This document shows, piece after piece, positions 38,501 to 48,001 of a DNA stretch of 54,950 nt. The stretch spans positions 1 through 54,950 of the forward strand of contig CAZIOW010000004.1 of assembly GCA_964541025.1 (NCBI GenBank), read 5' to 3'. The notes below the pieces were generated by a model, which searched no databases, was not told the DNA's origin, and saw only the letters and a program-made list of their open reading frames with translations. How positions within the stretch are numbered: position 1 is the stretch's first letter; each line of letters starts with the position of its first letter. The stretch is from an uncultured Thermoplasmatales archaeon. Its GTDB lineage: Archaea; Thermoplasmatota; Thermoplasmata; Thermoplasmatales; GCA-001856825. The translations under genes and the position numbers were made by a program.

Positions 38501-39376
38501 TCAAAGGAGAGGTTTAATTTCGGATAATAATTTCTCCTTTGTTTCCTTGTCCAAATCCCTCAAGGGGAATATGCTCTGCATATCCTTCCCGTATATCAAC
38601 CCTGAAAATGCGGCTACATATGCCTGTGGGAATTCATACTTACCCATGATTTTCTTCAGTCTGCTAAGATTCCTTTGTATTTCCTTTGCTTTATCTATGT
38701 TTCCTCTTATGAATTCATTGTAGACCTTAACTGTCAAATCGGAAAAGTTTGATGTCCCGCATATACCTCCCTTCGCTCCCATCATGAGAGAAGGCAGTAA
38801 AAGATCATCCTGGCCCTGCAGTATAACAAAATCTTTTCCAAGAATATCTATGAATGCAGAGAAATTAGTGAAATTACTGCTGCTATCTTTAATACCTACG
38901 AGATTGCTATGCTCCTTTCTTAATTTAAGAACTGTATCTGCTAAGATATTGTTATTTGTATTTTGAGGAATATTGTATATTAAAACTGGTATATCCAATT
39001 CCTGAAGTAATTTATCGTAGTACGCATATAATGATTCCTGAGACATATTCACATAATATGGGGTTACAATAGATAAACCGTCTGCACCGAGTTCCTTGGC
39101 ATAGTTTGCCATTGTTAGGGTTTCATCGAACGAGTTTCTTCCTACCCCTGCAAGGAAATACATATTTTCCTTCTTTTTGTCCATAAAGTATTCAAGTATT
39201 TTCACCTGCAGTTCCACTGAAGTTATTGCAAAACCACCTGTGGAACCCATAGGGAAAACTCCATTGACTCCCGCCTTTTCCAGGAATTCTATAAGTGAAT
39301 CGACAGCGTCATAATCAAGATCTCCGTTGGTTATAGGGGTTATTGTTGGTGTTATTATTCCTTTTAATTCTGACAT
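38501..39376 (-). CDS. DHDPS/NAL-family class I aldolase (possibly KDG aldolase)
   Basis: GIITPTITP, GSTG, PYY, YNIP, GIKDSS. Confidence 0.85.
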   Translation of the reverse strand: MSELKGIITPTITPITNGDLDYDAVDSLIEFLEKAGVNGVFPMGSTGGFAITSVELQVKILEYFMDKKKENMYFLAGVGRNSFDETLTMANYAKELGADGLSIVTPYYVNMSQESLYAYYDKLLQELDIPVLIYNIPQNTNNNILADTVLKLRKEHSNLVGIKDSSSNFTNFSAFIDILGKDFVILQGQDDLLLPSLMMGAKGGICGTSNFSDLTVKVYNEFIRGNIDKAKEIQRNLSRLKKIMGKYEFPQAYVAAFSGLIYGKDMQSIFPLRDLDKETKEKLLSEIKPLL

Positions 39377-39388
39377 AATATGAAATTT

Positions 39389-41686
39389 TTAACTCTTATA
39401 TGTACCTTTCATATTGTCAATCTTAACATTAAAATGATCCTGCATAAATTTCAGGCCCTCTTTATTATCCTTCCTTATGAACCTAGTCAGCGTTTCATTT
39501 TCCTCGTAATCAAAAACTATCCATGTATCATTCTCTACAGTGTATGCAAATACGTCAGGTTTTATTGTTGATTGCGGCTTGTATACAACGGTAGCAGTTA
39601 TTATCCTCTTGTTTGTATTCTTTCTCAGAACTTCAATTGCAGCTTCTATTGTTTTTCCAGTATCAGCTATATCATCAACAAGCAGTATGTAACCTTCCTC
39701 ATCCCTAAACGAATGCTCAAATGACCCTACACTTACCTTTGATAGCGGAACACCGTCATCGCTGTAATAACTTGCCTTCAGAGGATAAACCTCCTTTATC
39801 GAGAGAAAATCACTCAGCAACCTGCCGATGACCATTCCTCCCCGCTCTATGTACACAAGGCTTTCGGGTTTTCCATAATTTTTCAATATTTCCTGGGCCA
39901 TTCTGCGTGCATGTCTCTTTAAATCCTCATATCTTAATGCTTGGAAATTTTTCTTCTCCCTTTCAAACTTGAAAAATTGCACCCATTCTTTTGCATTCAA
40001 TATTATTCCATCTATAACGCCTGATTCCTTTAGCTTTCTTGAAACTCTCACTGACTGTGGAGCTTCAAGGGAAGACTGAGACATGATTTCATCATTCTGG
40101 AAAAGCTCTTCCGGTGTTCCATCAAATATTATTATTCCATTTTTCATGACAATGGCCCTTCTTGTATACTCTGCAACAAGACTCATATCATGAGTTATAA
40201 CTATTACAGTGGAACCTGATTGATTTAGCTCTGTCAGAATATCCATCATCTCTCTTGACATTCTATAGTCCTGGCCAGTTGTTGGTTCATCTACGATTAT
40301 TATCTCGGGCTTCCTCACAATCACACTTGCAATTGATAGTCTTCTTTGCTCTCCCCTGCTTAAAGATGAGGATATCTGATCCTTCTTATCAAAGAGATGA
40401 ACCCTTTTCAAGATTGCCTCTGTTAATTTTTCTATTTCTCCTGCTGGAAAATTAGAATCCTTTAAATAAAATTCAATCTCTTCCTTCACTGTTTTATTAG
40501 CAATGTGGCTTTCTGGATTCTGCTTCACGTATCCTATGAATTCTGATATTTTCTCTTTGTTTTCCTCTACTGATACATCCATATCGTTTATTCTCATTTC
40601 TCCTTCTCTGATGTTTAAATATCCAGCAATTGCCTTGGATAAAGTACTCTTTCCTGATCCATTCGGACCTATCAGTGATACAAATTCTCCCTTCCGGATC
40701 TTTAGATCAATACCATTCAGCGCTCTTGTTCCGTCATCATAGGTGTATTCTAAGCCCCTAATTTCGATGATATTCCTGCCAGAACTTTTTTCTTCCCTCT
40801 CAACCTTAAATCCCCTGACCCTCTCAACTCTTATCTTATTCTCTATGTTTTCACTTGGGCCGATTATTTGCATTATTTCTGGAATCTCTATAAATGATAA
40901 TAAGTCATTATTTGTGTATATTTTGCTTGGTTCATCAATGGAAATGATCTCATTATTGTTCATTACTGCCACCCTGTCCGCAAATCTCATCAAAATTTCA
41001 GGGTCCTTTTCGACCATTATTACTGTTAAATTTGATTTTTTCTTGAGGGATCCGATGGCTTCTATTAGTTCCTTTTTGCCAGCTGGATCCAGATCTGATG
41101 TAGGTTCATCTAGAATCAAAATTTTTGGGGCTGTAAGCAGCGAGCTTGCAATAAGTAGTCTCTGTTTTTCTCCAGCGGAAAGCTCTGATGAATGAATTCT
41201 GCCGGCTTCCTTATAAATGTACCCCATACCAACTATTTCAAGTGCTTCCTTTATTCTTGACTCCTTTTCTTCTTCTGAGATTTTAATTTCTATCATTTTC
41301 TTTTCAAGTTCTTCTTTTATGCTATCTGATCTAAACTGGCTCTCTGGATTCTGCATTACAAGTTCTATTATTTTAAGGATATCCTTATTACCTGCTATCA
41401 TTCTTCTTCCATTCTTCTCCTCAATTCCTGAGAGCAATTCTCCGTCTACAAATACTGATCCAGAGAAATAATCAGATTCCCGGCCAGGTGGCATATTAAC
41501 CTGATAAGGTATGACACCTCCTATAACATAGCATAATGTAGTTTTTCCGGAGCCTGTATTCCCCGTAAGTCCAAAAAATTCACCCTCTCCTATCTCCAGA
41601 TTGATGTTCCTGAGCACGTATTCATCGTGACCTGTAAGTACTGGGTATTTCCAGTTCAAATTCCTTATTTCCACAATTTTTTTCAT
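39389..41686 (-). CDS. Duplicated ECF-type ABC ATPase fused to a C-terminal purine phosphoribosyltransferase domain
   Basis: Walker A motifs GNTGSGKT and GPNGSGKST, DEPTSDLDP and DEPTTGQD; C-terminus has IERGG, ILLVDDIADTGKT and WIVFDYE. Confidence 0.85.
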   Translation of the reverse strand: MKKIVEIRNLNWKYPVLTGHDEYVLRNINLEIGEGEFFGLTGNTGSGKTTLCYVIGGVIPYQVNMPPGRESDYFSGSVFVDGELLSGIEEKNGRRMIAGNKDILKIIELVMQNPESQFRSDSIKEELEKKMIEIKISEEEKESRIKEALEIVGMGYIYKEAGRIHSSELSAGEKQRLLIASSLLTAPKILILDEPTSDLDPAGKKELIEAIGSLKKKSNLTVIMVEKDPEILMRFADRVAVMNNNEIISIDEPSKIYTNNDLLSFIEIPEIMQIIGPSENIENKIRVERVRGFKVEREEKSSGRNIIEIRGLEYTYDDGTRALNGIDLKIRKGEFVSLIGPNGSGKSTLSKAIAGYLNIREGEMRINDMDVSVEENKEKISEFIGYVKQNPESHIANKTVKEEIEFYLKDSNFPAGEIEKLTEAILKRVHLFDKKDQISSSLSRGEQRRLSIASVIVRKPEIIIVDEPTTGQDYRMSREMMDILTELNQSGSTVIVITHDMSLVAEYTRRAIVMKNGIIIFDGTPEELFQNDEIMSQSSLEAPQSVRVSRKLKESGVIDGIILNAKEWVQFFKFEREKKNFQALRYEDLKRHARRMAQEILKNYGKPESLVYIERGGMVIGRLLSDFLSIKEVYPLKASYYSDDGVPLSKVSVGSFEHSFRDEEGYILLVDDIADTGKTIEAAIEVLRKNTNKRIITATVVYKPQSTIKPDVFAYTVENDTWIVFDYEENETLTRFIRKDNKEGLKFMQDHFNVKIDNMKGTYKS

Positions 41687-41803
41687 GAATGATTACTTGA
41701 ATAAATCATAAGATTAAAAGAATACTTCATAATTCATTTTTAATATTATAATCTCTATATTGAAACACTTTTTCATATTTAAAAAATTAGAAAATAAAAA
41801 TAA

Positions 41804-43144
41804 TCAATCTAATCCAGCAAGGCTTTTGTCCTTTGTTTCAAATCCTTTGGAATGCCACATCAGAGCTGCTGCCAGACCTAATAGGAATATTACAGTGATA
41901 ACTGCCATGGCAGAGTTGAAAGCGATGGAGAATATCCCAGATAGAAGAATTCCATTTATTATCCCCGCTGAAACCCAGACCACCATTCTTACAGTTGAGA
42001 TATATATCCCTCTTTTAGCAGTGGCGAATAGTTCTGGTTCAAGTATAGCCCTCACACCCCACGTTATTTCAACGGGAACGAACAGTATAGTCATAATTGC
42101 GAGCAGCGCGAAACCCGCCTTGCTTCCGGTTATAGCTTCAAATATCCATAATCCTATCCAAAGGACTAACTGGAGTGCGTAACTTACAGTTGCAAATGTT
42201 TTCCTGTCCACCTTAGGGACAACCCAAAGTGCAGCAAAGATGCCTACAACCACCATAGTGAAGCCTCCGATCAGCGGGACCTCACTTGCTATTGATGAAA
42301 AATAAGCGTAGGAAACACCATAAGTTATGTACACAAATCCGACGTCCTGAGCTATTCCAATTATTATTAAAATAAGGAACCTCTGAAACAGGCCGCCCTT
42401 GGGCTTTACAAGTTCAGCATTTCCATCCTTTTCCTTCCACGCTTCATTGATGCCAAGATCAATCTTATGCCTGACAGCACCCCAGGGAATGCTTTCCTCG
42501 ACAAGGAGCCAAGCAACTATAAGTGCCACAAGAGGACCTATAAACATCAATGAAATAGCTACTATATCCTGATATTTGCTAAGTCCTAGCATTATAGGTA
42601 TAAATACTATTGCCACCCCTATGTTTCCAAAATTCTGTGTTATCACAAGTAGGCTGCCTCTGGTTTTGGCTGATGCCTGCTCAGCCATCATTGTAAGTAT
42701 AGGGCTTTCCAATCCTATAGCTGACATGCCTACAAGGATGAACGATATCATTATTGCAACTATATTGGATGATGCCAGCACATATATTACAAGACCAACT
42801 AGCAGCATTGCTATAGTTACCATGAATGAAACCTTCCTTCCCACGTAATCCGCCATGAATCCTGCTATGAATGCTCCGATACCACCAGCTATAAATGGCA
42901 GACTGTATCCCAAGAATGCAAGATTCGATGGAATAACTCCCGTAATTGCGGTAACAGGACCGTAGCTTTCCGCCACTCCATATACTAACATACCCATACC
43001 AAGAGCAACAAGAGCAGCCCAGGGAATCTTTTGATTTGAATTTTTCAATTTCTCTTTGTTAGCGGATTCAGAGTCATCGAGTGCCGAAGAGATCAAATTA
43101 TCTTTGCTTGGAACATTACCTTCAACAGGATTTGAACCGTTCAT
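41804..43144 (-). CDS. MFS transporter (sugar-porter-like)
   Basis: ADYVGRK motif A, AEQ....RG and PELF.T..RG; about 12 hydrophobic segments. Confidence 0.88.
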   Translation of the reverse strand: MNGSNPVEGNVPSKDNLISSALDDSESANKEKLKNSNQKIPWAALVALGMGMLVYGVAESYGPVTAITGVIPSNLAFLGYSLPFIAGGIGAFIAGFMADYVGRKVSFMVTIAMLLVGLVIYVLASSNIVAIMISFILVGMSAIGLESPILTMMAEQASAKTRGSLLVITQNFGNIGVAIVFIPIMLGLSKYQDIVAISLMFIGPLVALIVAWLLVEESIPWGAVRHKIDLGINEAWKEKDGNAELVKPKGGLFQRFLILIIIGIAQDVGFVYITYGVSYAYFSSIASEVPLIGGFTMVVVGIFAALWVVPKVDRKTFATVSYALQLVLWIGLWIFEAITGSKAGFALLAIMTILFVPVEITWGVRAILEPELFATAKRGIYISTVRMVVWVSAGIINGILLSGIFSIAFNSAMAVITVIFLLGLAAALMWHSKGFETKDKSLAGLD

Positions 43145-43328
43145 TTTTAATCCTATGATAGTAATCAGGCGATAGATTTAAGCTTTCTTGCTTATTTTTA
43201 ATTTATGTATAAGAATAATTTATTACAGATAAATTCTAAGAGAATTTTTTACATTTGATTTCAATTTATAATTTTATTCTTTTCTTTTTTATGAAGTATT
43301 TTTAATGAGGAGGCATTCCTTATAAAAT

Positions 43329-44519
43329 ATGGCCTCCCATGGGTTTATAGGCTTAATAAAGAACAGAACTGTATTTGCCATTTCATTAGTTGAACTCCTG
43401 AGGGTTATGGGGAGGTCTGGGACATGGATATTCATTCCAATTTATCTAATTTCAAAGAGAGAAGTTCCCTTTATTGACATTGGCTTTCTTTTTCTGATTT
43501 CTTCAGTGATCTCAATACCAATATCACTTTTCGGAGGCAACCTTGTTGATAAAATGGGAAGAAGGAAGATAGCCGTGTTTCTCCCACCCTTCATTTCACT
43601 TGTATTTTTACTGATGTTTCTGGACATTTATTATAATTTATCTCTGATAATAATGTATCTTTCCTTTATTTCGTTGTTTCCACTTGGAAGCCTGCAGGAA
43701 GTTACCGATAATGTTATGATCACAGATACTACAGTTGAAAGTGAAAGGATAGATGCATTCAGCATTGTCAGAATATCTGCAAACATAGGTTTTTCTGTTG
43801 GCCCGGCTCTCTCTGGAATAGCACTTTCATATAACTTTGCCATTTTACCTGTGATACCACTAATCGGTGAGATTGTAGGTTTCCTACTTTATTTTATTAT
43901 AATAAAAGAGACAAAACCAGTTTCGAGGAACGAGAACAGATTGCTATCGTTCCCGCATAAAGACAAACGCTTCCTTATTATTGCGGTTGTTTTAGCTCTG
44001 GGATGGTTCTCTGTCGGGCCTTGGGGGTACATACTTTCTCAGTTCCTTTCCGCAGTGGATAAGCTCAGCTATTCCCTTATTGGAATAATATTCACTGTAA
44101 ACGGGATAGCAGTAATCACACTTCAGCTGCCCGTAAACAGGGCGCTATATAGAATAGATGAGATGACAAGATTTTCATTTGGACTCATCATTTATTCTAT
44201 CACCTTCTTTGTATTCAGTTTGACAAAAAATGTTACCCTTTTGATATTGAATGTAGTTGCTCTCACTATTGGCGAAAACGTAATTTCCCCTGCCTCCAGC
44301 AGCGTGATCGGAAAAATTGCTCCAGAAGATAAGAGAGGCCAGTATTATGGAGGTTTCTCTCTCATCAATAACCTTATAGGTCCATTCTCTCCATTGCTGT
44401 ATGAATTTATGCTTTCCCTTTTCTTCAGGGAACCCTTGCTGCTTTGGAGTGTAGTAAGTTCAATCTGTATCTCCCTTGCCTTCGTTATAATCATTCTCCG
44501 ATTCTCTAGAAGAATCTGA
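43329..44519 (+). CDS. MFS transporter
   Basis: GGNLVDKMGRR, NIGFSVGPALSG, APEDKRGQYYG. Confidence 0.88.
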   Translation: MASHGFIGLIKNRTVFAISLVELLRVMGRSGTWIFIPIYLISKREVPFIDIGFLFLISSVISIPISLFGGNLVDKMGRRKIAVFLPPFISLVFLLMFLDIYYNLSLIIMYLSFISLFPLGSLQEVTDNVMITDTTVESERIDAFSIVRISANIGFSVGPALSGIALSYNFAILPVIPLIGEIVGFLLYFIIIKETKPVSRNENRLLSFPHKDKRFLIIAVVLALGWFSVGPWGYILSQFLSAVDKLSYSLIGIIFTVNGIAVITLQLPVNRALYRIDEMTRFSFGLIIYSITFFVFSLTKNVTLLILNVVALTIGENVISPASSSVIGKIAPEDKRGQYYGGFSLINNLIGPFSPLLYEFMLSLFFREPLLLWSVVSSICISLAFVIIILRFSRRI

Positions 44520-46220
44520 TACTTCATTTATTATTTCACTGATTTTGGATCCGCCAGGAGGCAGGATAGGATAAACGGATTCTTTATCCACTTTGAAAAA
44601 ATCGGAAATTTTGCCTGCTATTTCCTCTTTCTCACTACCTGGTATCAAAATTATTTTGCTACCCTTTATTGCAGATGGAGGAGCCGAAACAAGATACTGC
44701 CTGTTTTCATAATTTTGGAAGCCTATGGCAAGTTTCAACTCAAGATGTGTAATAAAATTTTTCCTTCCTCTGATAATCCAAGCACCCTTTGCTAGGTACT
44801 CACCTGATTCTGGTGTCTTGCTTACCTGGCTTTTAGTAACATAGAATACTGCCCCGTTACCGAACTGTGCATTCCAAGCCCTTGACATGCACCAAGCAAA
44901 TTGCGCTGCCTCCTCAATGCTCTTTTCTCCTATGCCATTTTTATTTTTTAAGATCACAGAAGGTGCCCCGTGAATATCCGCATGAAGGTATAAGTCCCTT
45001 TCATCAAGGTATTTCTTAACCACTGAATCATTGGTTTCTGCATCTTTTCCGGCAATCACAAGATTTCCCTCGCTGGTCAGGAACCACCTGTAATTTGTGA
45101 AAATTCTATGCACCTTAATTTTTGTTTTAACTTTTGGTTTCTCTTCATTTTCAATATTTACTACCCGTGAGAGTTTTTCCTTAATCCTTTTAGCAGATGA
45201 AAAAAATTCATTTGCATTTTCACCTGCAGTAAGTCCCATTTTAAGGGGTATCTCCTTATCTTCTATTATGAATTTTACTATTCCCTTTTCATAATCAATT
45301 AAATTTCTGTCAATATTATTCTTCCTTGCATTGGAAAGAAAATGATCTATTTCATGTAAATTTGTCATTATGAATTCTCCGAAATTTTTCATTCTTTCCA
45401 TTTCTTCCTGCATCTTTTGCATATCCCTTCTGATTGATTTTTCTCTGGATTCTTCTGTTGTTAAAGATAAATCATAAATGAATTTCATTGCTTCCGATAT
45501 GTTCTTGATTTCTGGCTCTGCTGTTAAACATTTGCTCTTCCATACGAAGAACTGGTCACCATAAATGTAAATGTTTCCCTCTTCTGAAGCCCTCAGCAGC
45601 TCTGATATATTGACCTTTAATTTATCTAAATTTATTAAAAGGTCTTCATTGGTATTTATGCCATTTCCCAATGCGCATATTATCTCTTCCGAGTATTTTG
45701 AAAGACCTAGTCTTGTTGCCAGTGTTCTCACGGGATCTGCCTTTGACTCCTTTATCCTTTCTTCAATTGAAAAATAAGGTGATTCCAGATCTATAATGTC
45801 AGGCTGAATGTATTTAGCACCCTTTTGTATGAGCATACCCATTCTCTTTGTCTGTTTCTTGGAGAATATTATTTCATCTCCTTCTGTGACAATGAGGTTT
45901 CCCCCACCCATCATCTCTATGATGATCTTCTTCTGACCTTCAATAGCAATTACCCTGTCTGTGCCCATCTGTATTATTGAGTGAATCTGCATATTCTCCA
46001 CTGGCAGTACATTCTTCTTTCCTTCCAGTTCATTTTCTGGAGAAATAAATAAAAAATCATTGTTCATAAAGTGAAGATAAACAGAGTTCAGACCTGATTT
46101 TCTTATTTTAAATGAGAAATTTCCCTCATCCATGTAATTCTTCTCTATGTATCCTCCCTCATACTTCTTCAGAAAACTTACAATTGATCTTATTTCAGCA
46201 AAAGTGATTGCCGGTTTCAT
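44460..46220 (-). CDS. rqcH: Ribosome quality-control protein Rqc2/RqcH (NFACT family)
   Basis: TDRVI, EMMGGGN, ENA..FF..AK, YRWF.TSEG.LVIAGKDA..N, HADIHGAP, QVSKTPESGEYL.KGAWIIRG. Confidence 0.9.
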   Translation of the reverse strand: MKPAITFAEIRSIVSFLKKYEGGYIEKNYMDEGNFSFKIRKSGLNSVYLHFMNNDFLFISPENELEGKKNVLPVENMQIHSIIQMGTDRVIAIEGQKKIIIEMMGGGNLIVTEGDEIIFSKKQTKRMGMLIQKGAKYIQPDIIDLESPYFSIEERIKESKADPVRTLATRLGLSKYSEEIICALGNGINTNEDLLINLDKLKVNISELLRASEEGNIYIYGDQFFVWKSKCLTAEPEIKNISEAMKFIYDLSLTTEESREKSIRRDMQKMQEEMERMKNFGEFIMTNLHEIDHFLSNARKNNIDRNLIDYEKGIVKFIIEDKEIPLKMGLTAGENANEFFSSAKRIKEKLSRVVNIENEEKPKVKTKIKVHRIFTNYRWFLTSEGNLVIAGKDAETNDSVVKKYLDERDLYLHADIHGAPSVILKNKNGIGEKSIEEAAQFAWCMSRAWNAQFGNGAVFYVTKSQVSKTPESGEYLAKGAWIIRGRKNFITHLELKLAIGFQNYENRQYLVSAPPSAIKGSKIILIPGSEKEEIAGKISDFFKVDKESVYPILPPGGSKISEIINEVSDSSRESENDYNEGKGDTD

Positions 46221-47014
46221 CAGAGTCTTATCTCCATTGGATCATTATATGGAATGAGAGCTTTTATATTATTTGATTTGAAACCCCCTTCCCTTAATAT
46301 TTCATGAACAGTTTGAACTGCGAGCTGCGGAGTATTATTTATTTTCGAAAGATGAGCAAGTATTACTAAAGTTCCATCATCCATAACATTTCTCAATATT
46401 AGCCCTGTCTTTTGATTGGAAAGGTGTCCCCTTGGGTTTTTAATTCTTCTTTTTAGAAGTTCCGGATAAGGCCCCATTTCCAGCATTACTGGATCGTGAT
46501 TTGCTTCAATTATTATTGCATTGCATTCTCTCAGTCTCCTTTCCAGAAGCTGATTACCCTCGCCAAGGTCCGTAACAACTGCCATTTTTTTATTTCCATT
46601 CTGAACTGTGTATGCAACTGGATGTCTGGCATCGTGTGATACCCTGATAGCTGAGATCTGCAAATCTCCTACCTCGACCTCTTCGTCCTCCTTTATAAAT
46701 CTGTCAATTTCAACGCCCATCTCCTGATTCGAGCCATATCCACCTCGTTCATCTACATAGATGTCGGATGTTTCATATGTACCATAGATAGGGATTCCAG
46801 TTCTATTCCTGAATGTGTGTATACCTGAAGCGTGATCTGTATGCCCATGGGTCACAAAAACAGAGTTGATATCCCCTACTGCCTTGCCCTTGAATTTTAA
46901 GGCTGCTTCCAGTTTCCTGAATGATATGCCCAAGTCTATGAGCACACAGTAGCTTTCGCTGCATACCAGTGTAGAGTTACCTGAACTACCACTGGCTAAA
47001 GAATTAATCTTCAT
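46220..47014 (-). CDS. Metallo-beta-lactamase-fold hydrolase (YycJ/PhnP-like)
   Basis: LASGSSGN, THGHTDH, SHDA, TDLG, EANHD, YP..LK.RI...GHLSN, LAHLS..NN. Confidence 0.9.
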   Translation of the reverse strand: MKINSLASGSSGNSTLVCSESYCVLIDLGISFRKLEAALKFKGKAVGDINSVFVTHGHTDHASGIHTFRNRTGIPIYGTYETSDIYVDERGGYGSNQEMGVEIDRFIKEDEEVEVGDLQISAIRVSHDARHPVAYTVQNGNKKMAVVTDLGEGNQLLERRLRECNAIIIEANHDPVMLEMGPYPELLKRRIKNPRGHLSNQKTGLILRNVMDDGTLVILAHLSKINNTPQLAVQTVHEILREGGFKSNNIKALIPYNDPMEIRL

Positions 47015-47015
47015 A

Positions 47016-47087
47016 TGGACTGGCGGGGATTCGAACCCCGGACCTCCTGCTTGCGAAGCAGGCGATCTTCCACTGATCTACCAGCCC
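47016..47087 (-). tRNA. tRNA-Ala (CGC)
   Basis: GGGCTGG acceptor stem with G3-U70, CCTGC-TT-CGC-AA-GCAGG, GGTTCGAATCC. Confidence 0.95.
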
Positions 47088-47098
47088 TCATTCCAGTA

Positions 47099-48001
47099 TC
47101 ATTCCATGATTTTTTTAGATTTATTAGAGATTTCTTTGTCCTCATTCTCGTATTCACTGTATTTGATTATATCATAAAATTCTGACCTTGTTGCTATTTT
47201 ATCCATTATTCCTCTCTGAGTACCTTTCTTCATTAGTTCATTATATACGGAATCCATTGTTTTAATCGCAGCCCTGAAAGCTGTAAGAGGGAAAATTACT
47301 ATCCTGTATCCCATTTCTTCTAGCTCTTTTGAGCTTAGCAACGGACTTTTACCATATTCAGTCATGTTTGCAAGCAGCACAGCTGGAACTTTCTTATGGA
47401 ATTCCCTGAATTCTTCCTCGGTTTGCAATGCTTCAGGAAATATTGCATCTGCACCTGCCTTGAGATAGAGTTTAGCTCTTTCTACTGCCCTGTCAAATCC
47501 TTCAACTGCCCTTGCATCGGTCCTTGCTATAATCATGAAATTCTTGTTCTTCCTTGCCTCAACTGCAGCCACTATCTTTTCTACCATTTCATGTTCAGAT
47601 ACAAGTGTCTTCCCCTCAAGATGACCGCACTTCTTAGGCATGATTTGATCTTCGATGTGAATTGCGGAAACACCGGCCTTCTCCATTTCTATTATTGTTC
47701 TCTCGACATTCAGAATCTCTCCGAATCCTGTGTCTATATCTACTATAAGGGGAAGATTGCTTATGCTTGTGATCCTCCTTGCCTCTGAGACCACCTCATC
47801 AAGGGTTGTTATTGATAAATCAGGAAGCCCCTGCACAGCAGCCACACCAGAACCGGAAAGGTACAATGCATTGAAATTATATCTCTCCGCTATCAAAGCT
47901 CCTATTCCATTGAATACACCGGGAGCTTCCACTATACCCTCGCTTATCTTTTGTCTCAGAAATTCTGGCCCCAGGTTCCTATTTTCCTTTAATGGATGCA
48001 T
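47099..48001 (-). CDS. prpB: 2-methylisocitrate lyase
   Basis: YLSG, GLPDL, DIDTGFG, IEDQ..PKKCGH, ARTDA, LANMTEYGKSP. Confidence 0.93.
   Translation of the reverse strand: MHPLKENRNLGPEFLRQKISEGIVEAPGVFNGIGALIAERYNFNALYLSGSGVAAVQGLPDLSITTLDEVVSEARRITSISNLPLIVDIDTGFGEILNVERTIIEMEKAGVSAIHIEDQIMPKKCGHLEGKTLVSEHEMVEKIVAAVEARKNKNFMIIARTDARAVEGFDRAVERAKLYLKAGADAIFPEALQTEEEFREFHKKVPAVLLANMTEYGKSPLLSSKELEEMGYRIVIFPLTAFRAAIKTMDSVYNELMKKGTQRGIMDKIATRSEFYDIIKYSEYENEDKEISNKSKKIME

Noticed and set aside
44460-44519. Long gene overlaps (MFS/rqc2, also rlmE/hypothetical and dph2/purN)
   Set aside because: These are tail extensions typical of compact genomes, with no sign of functional dual coding.
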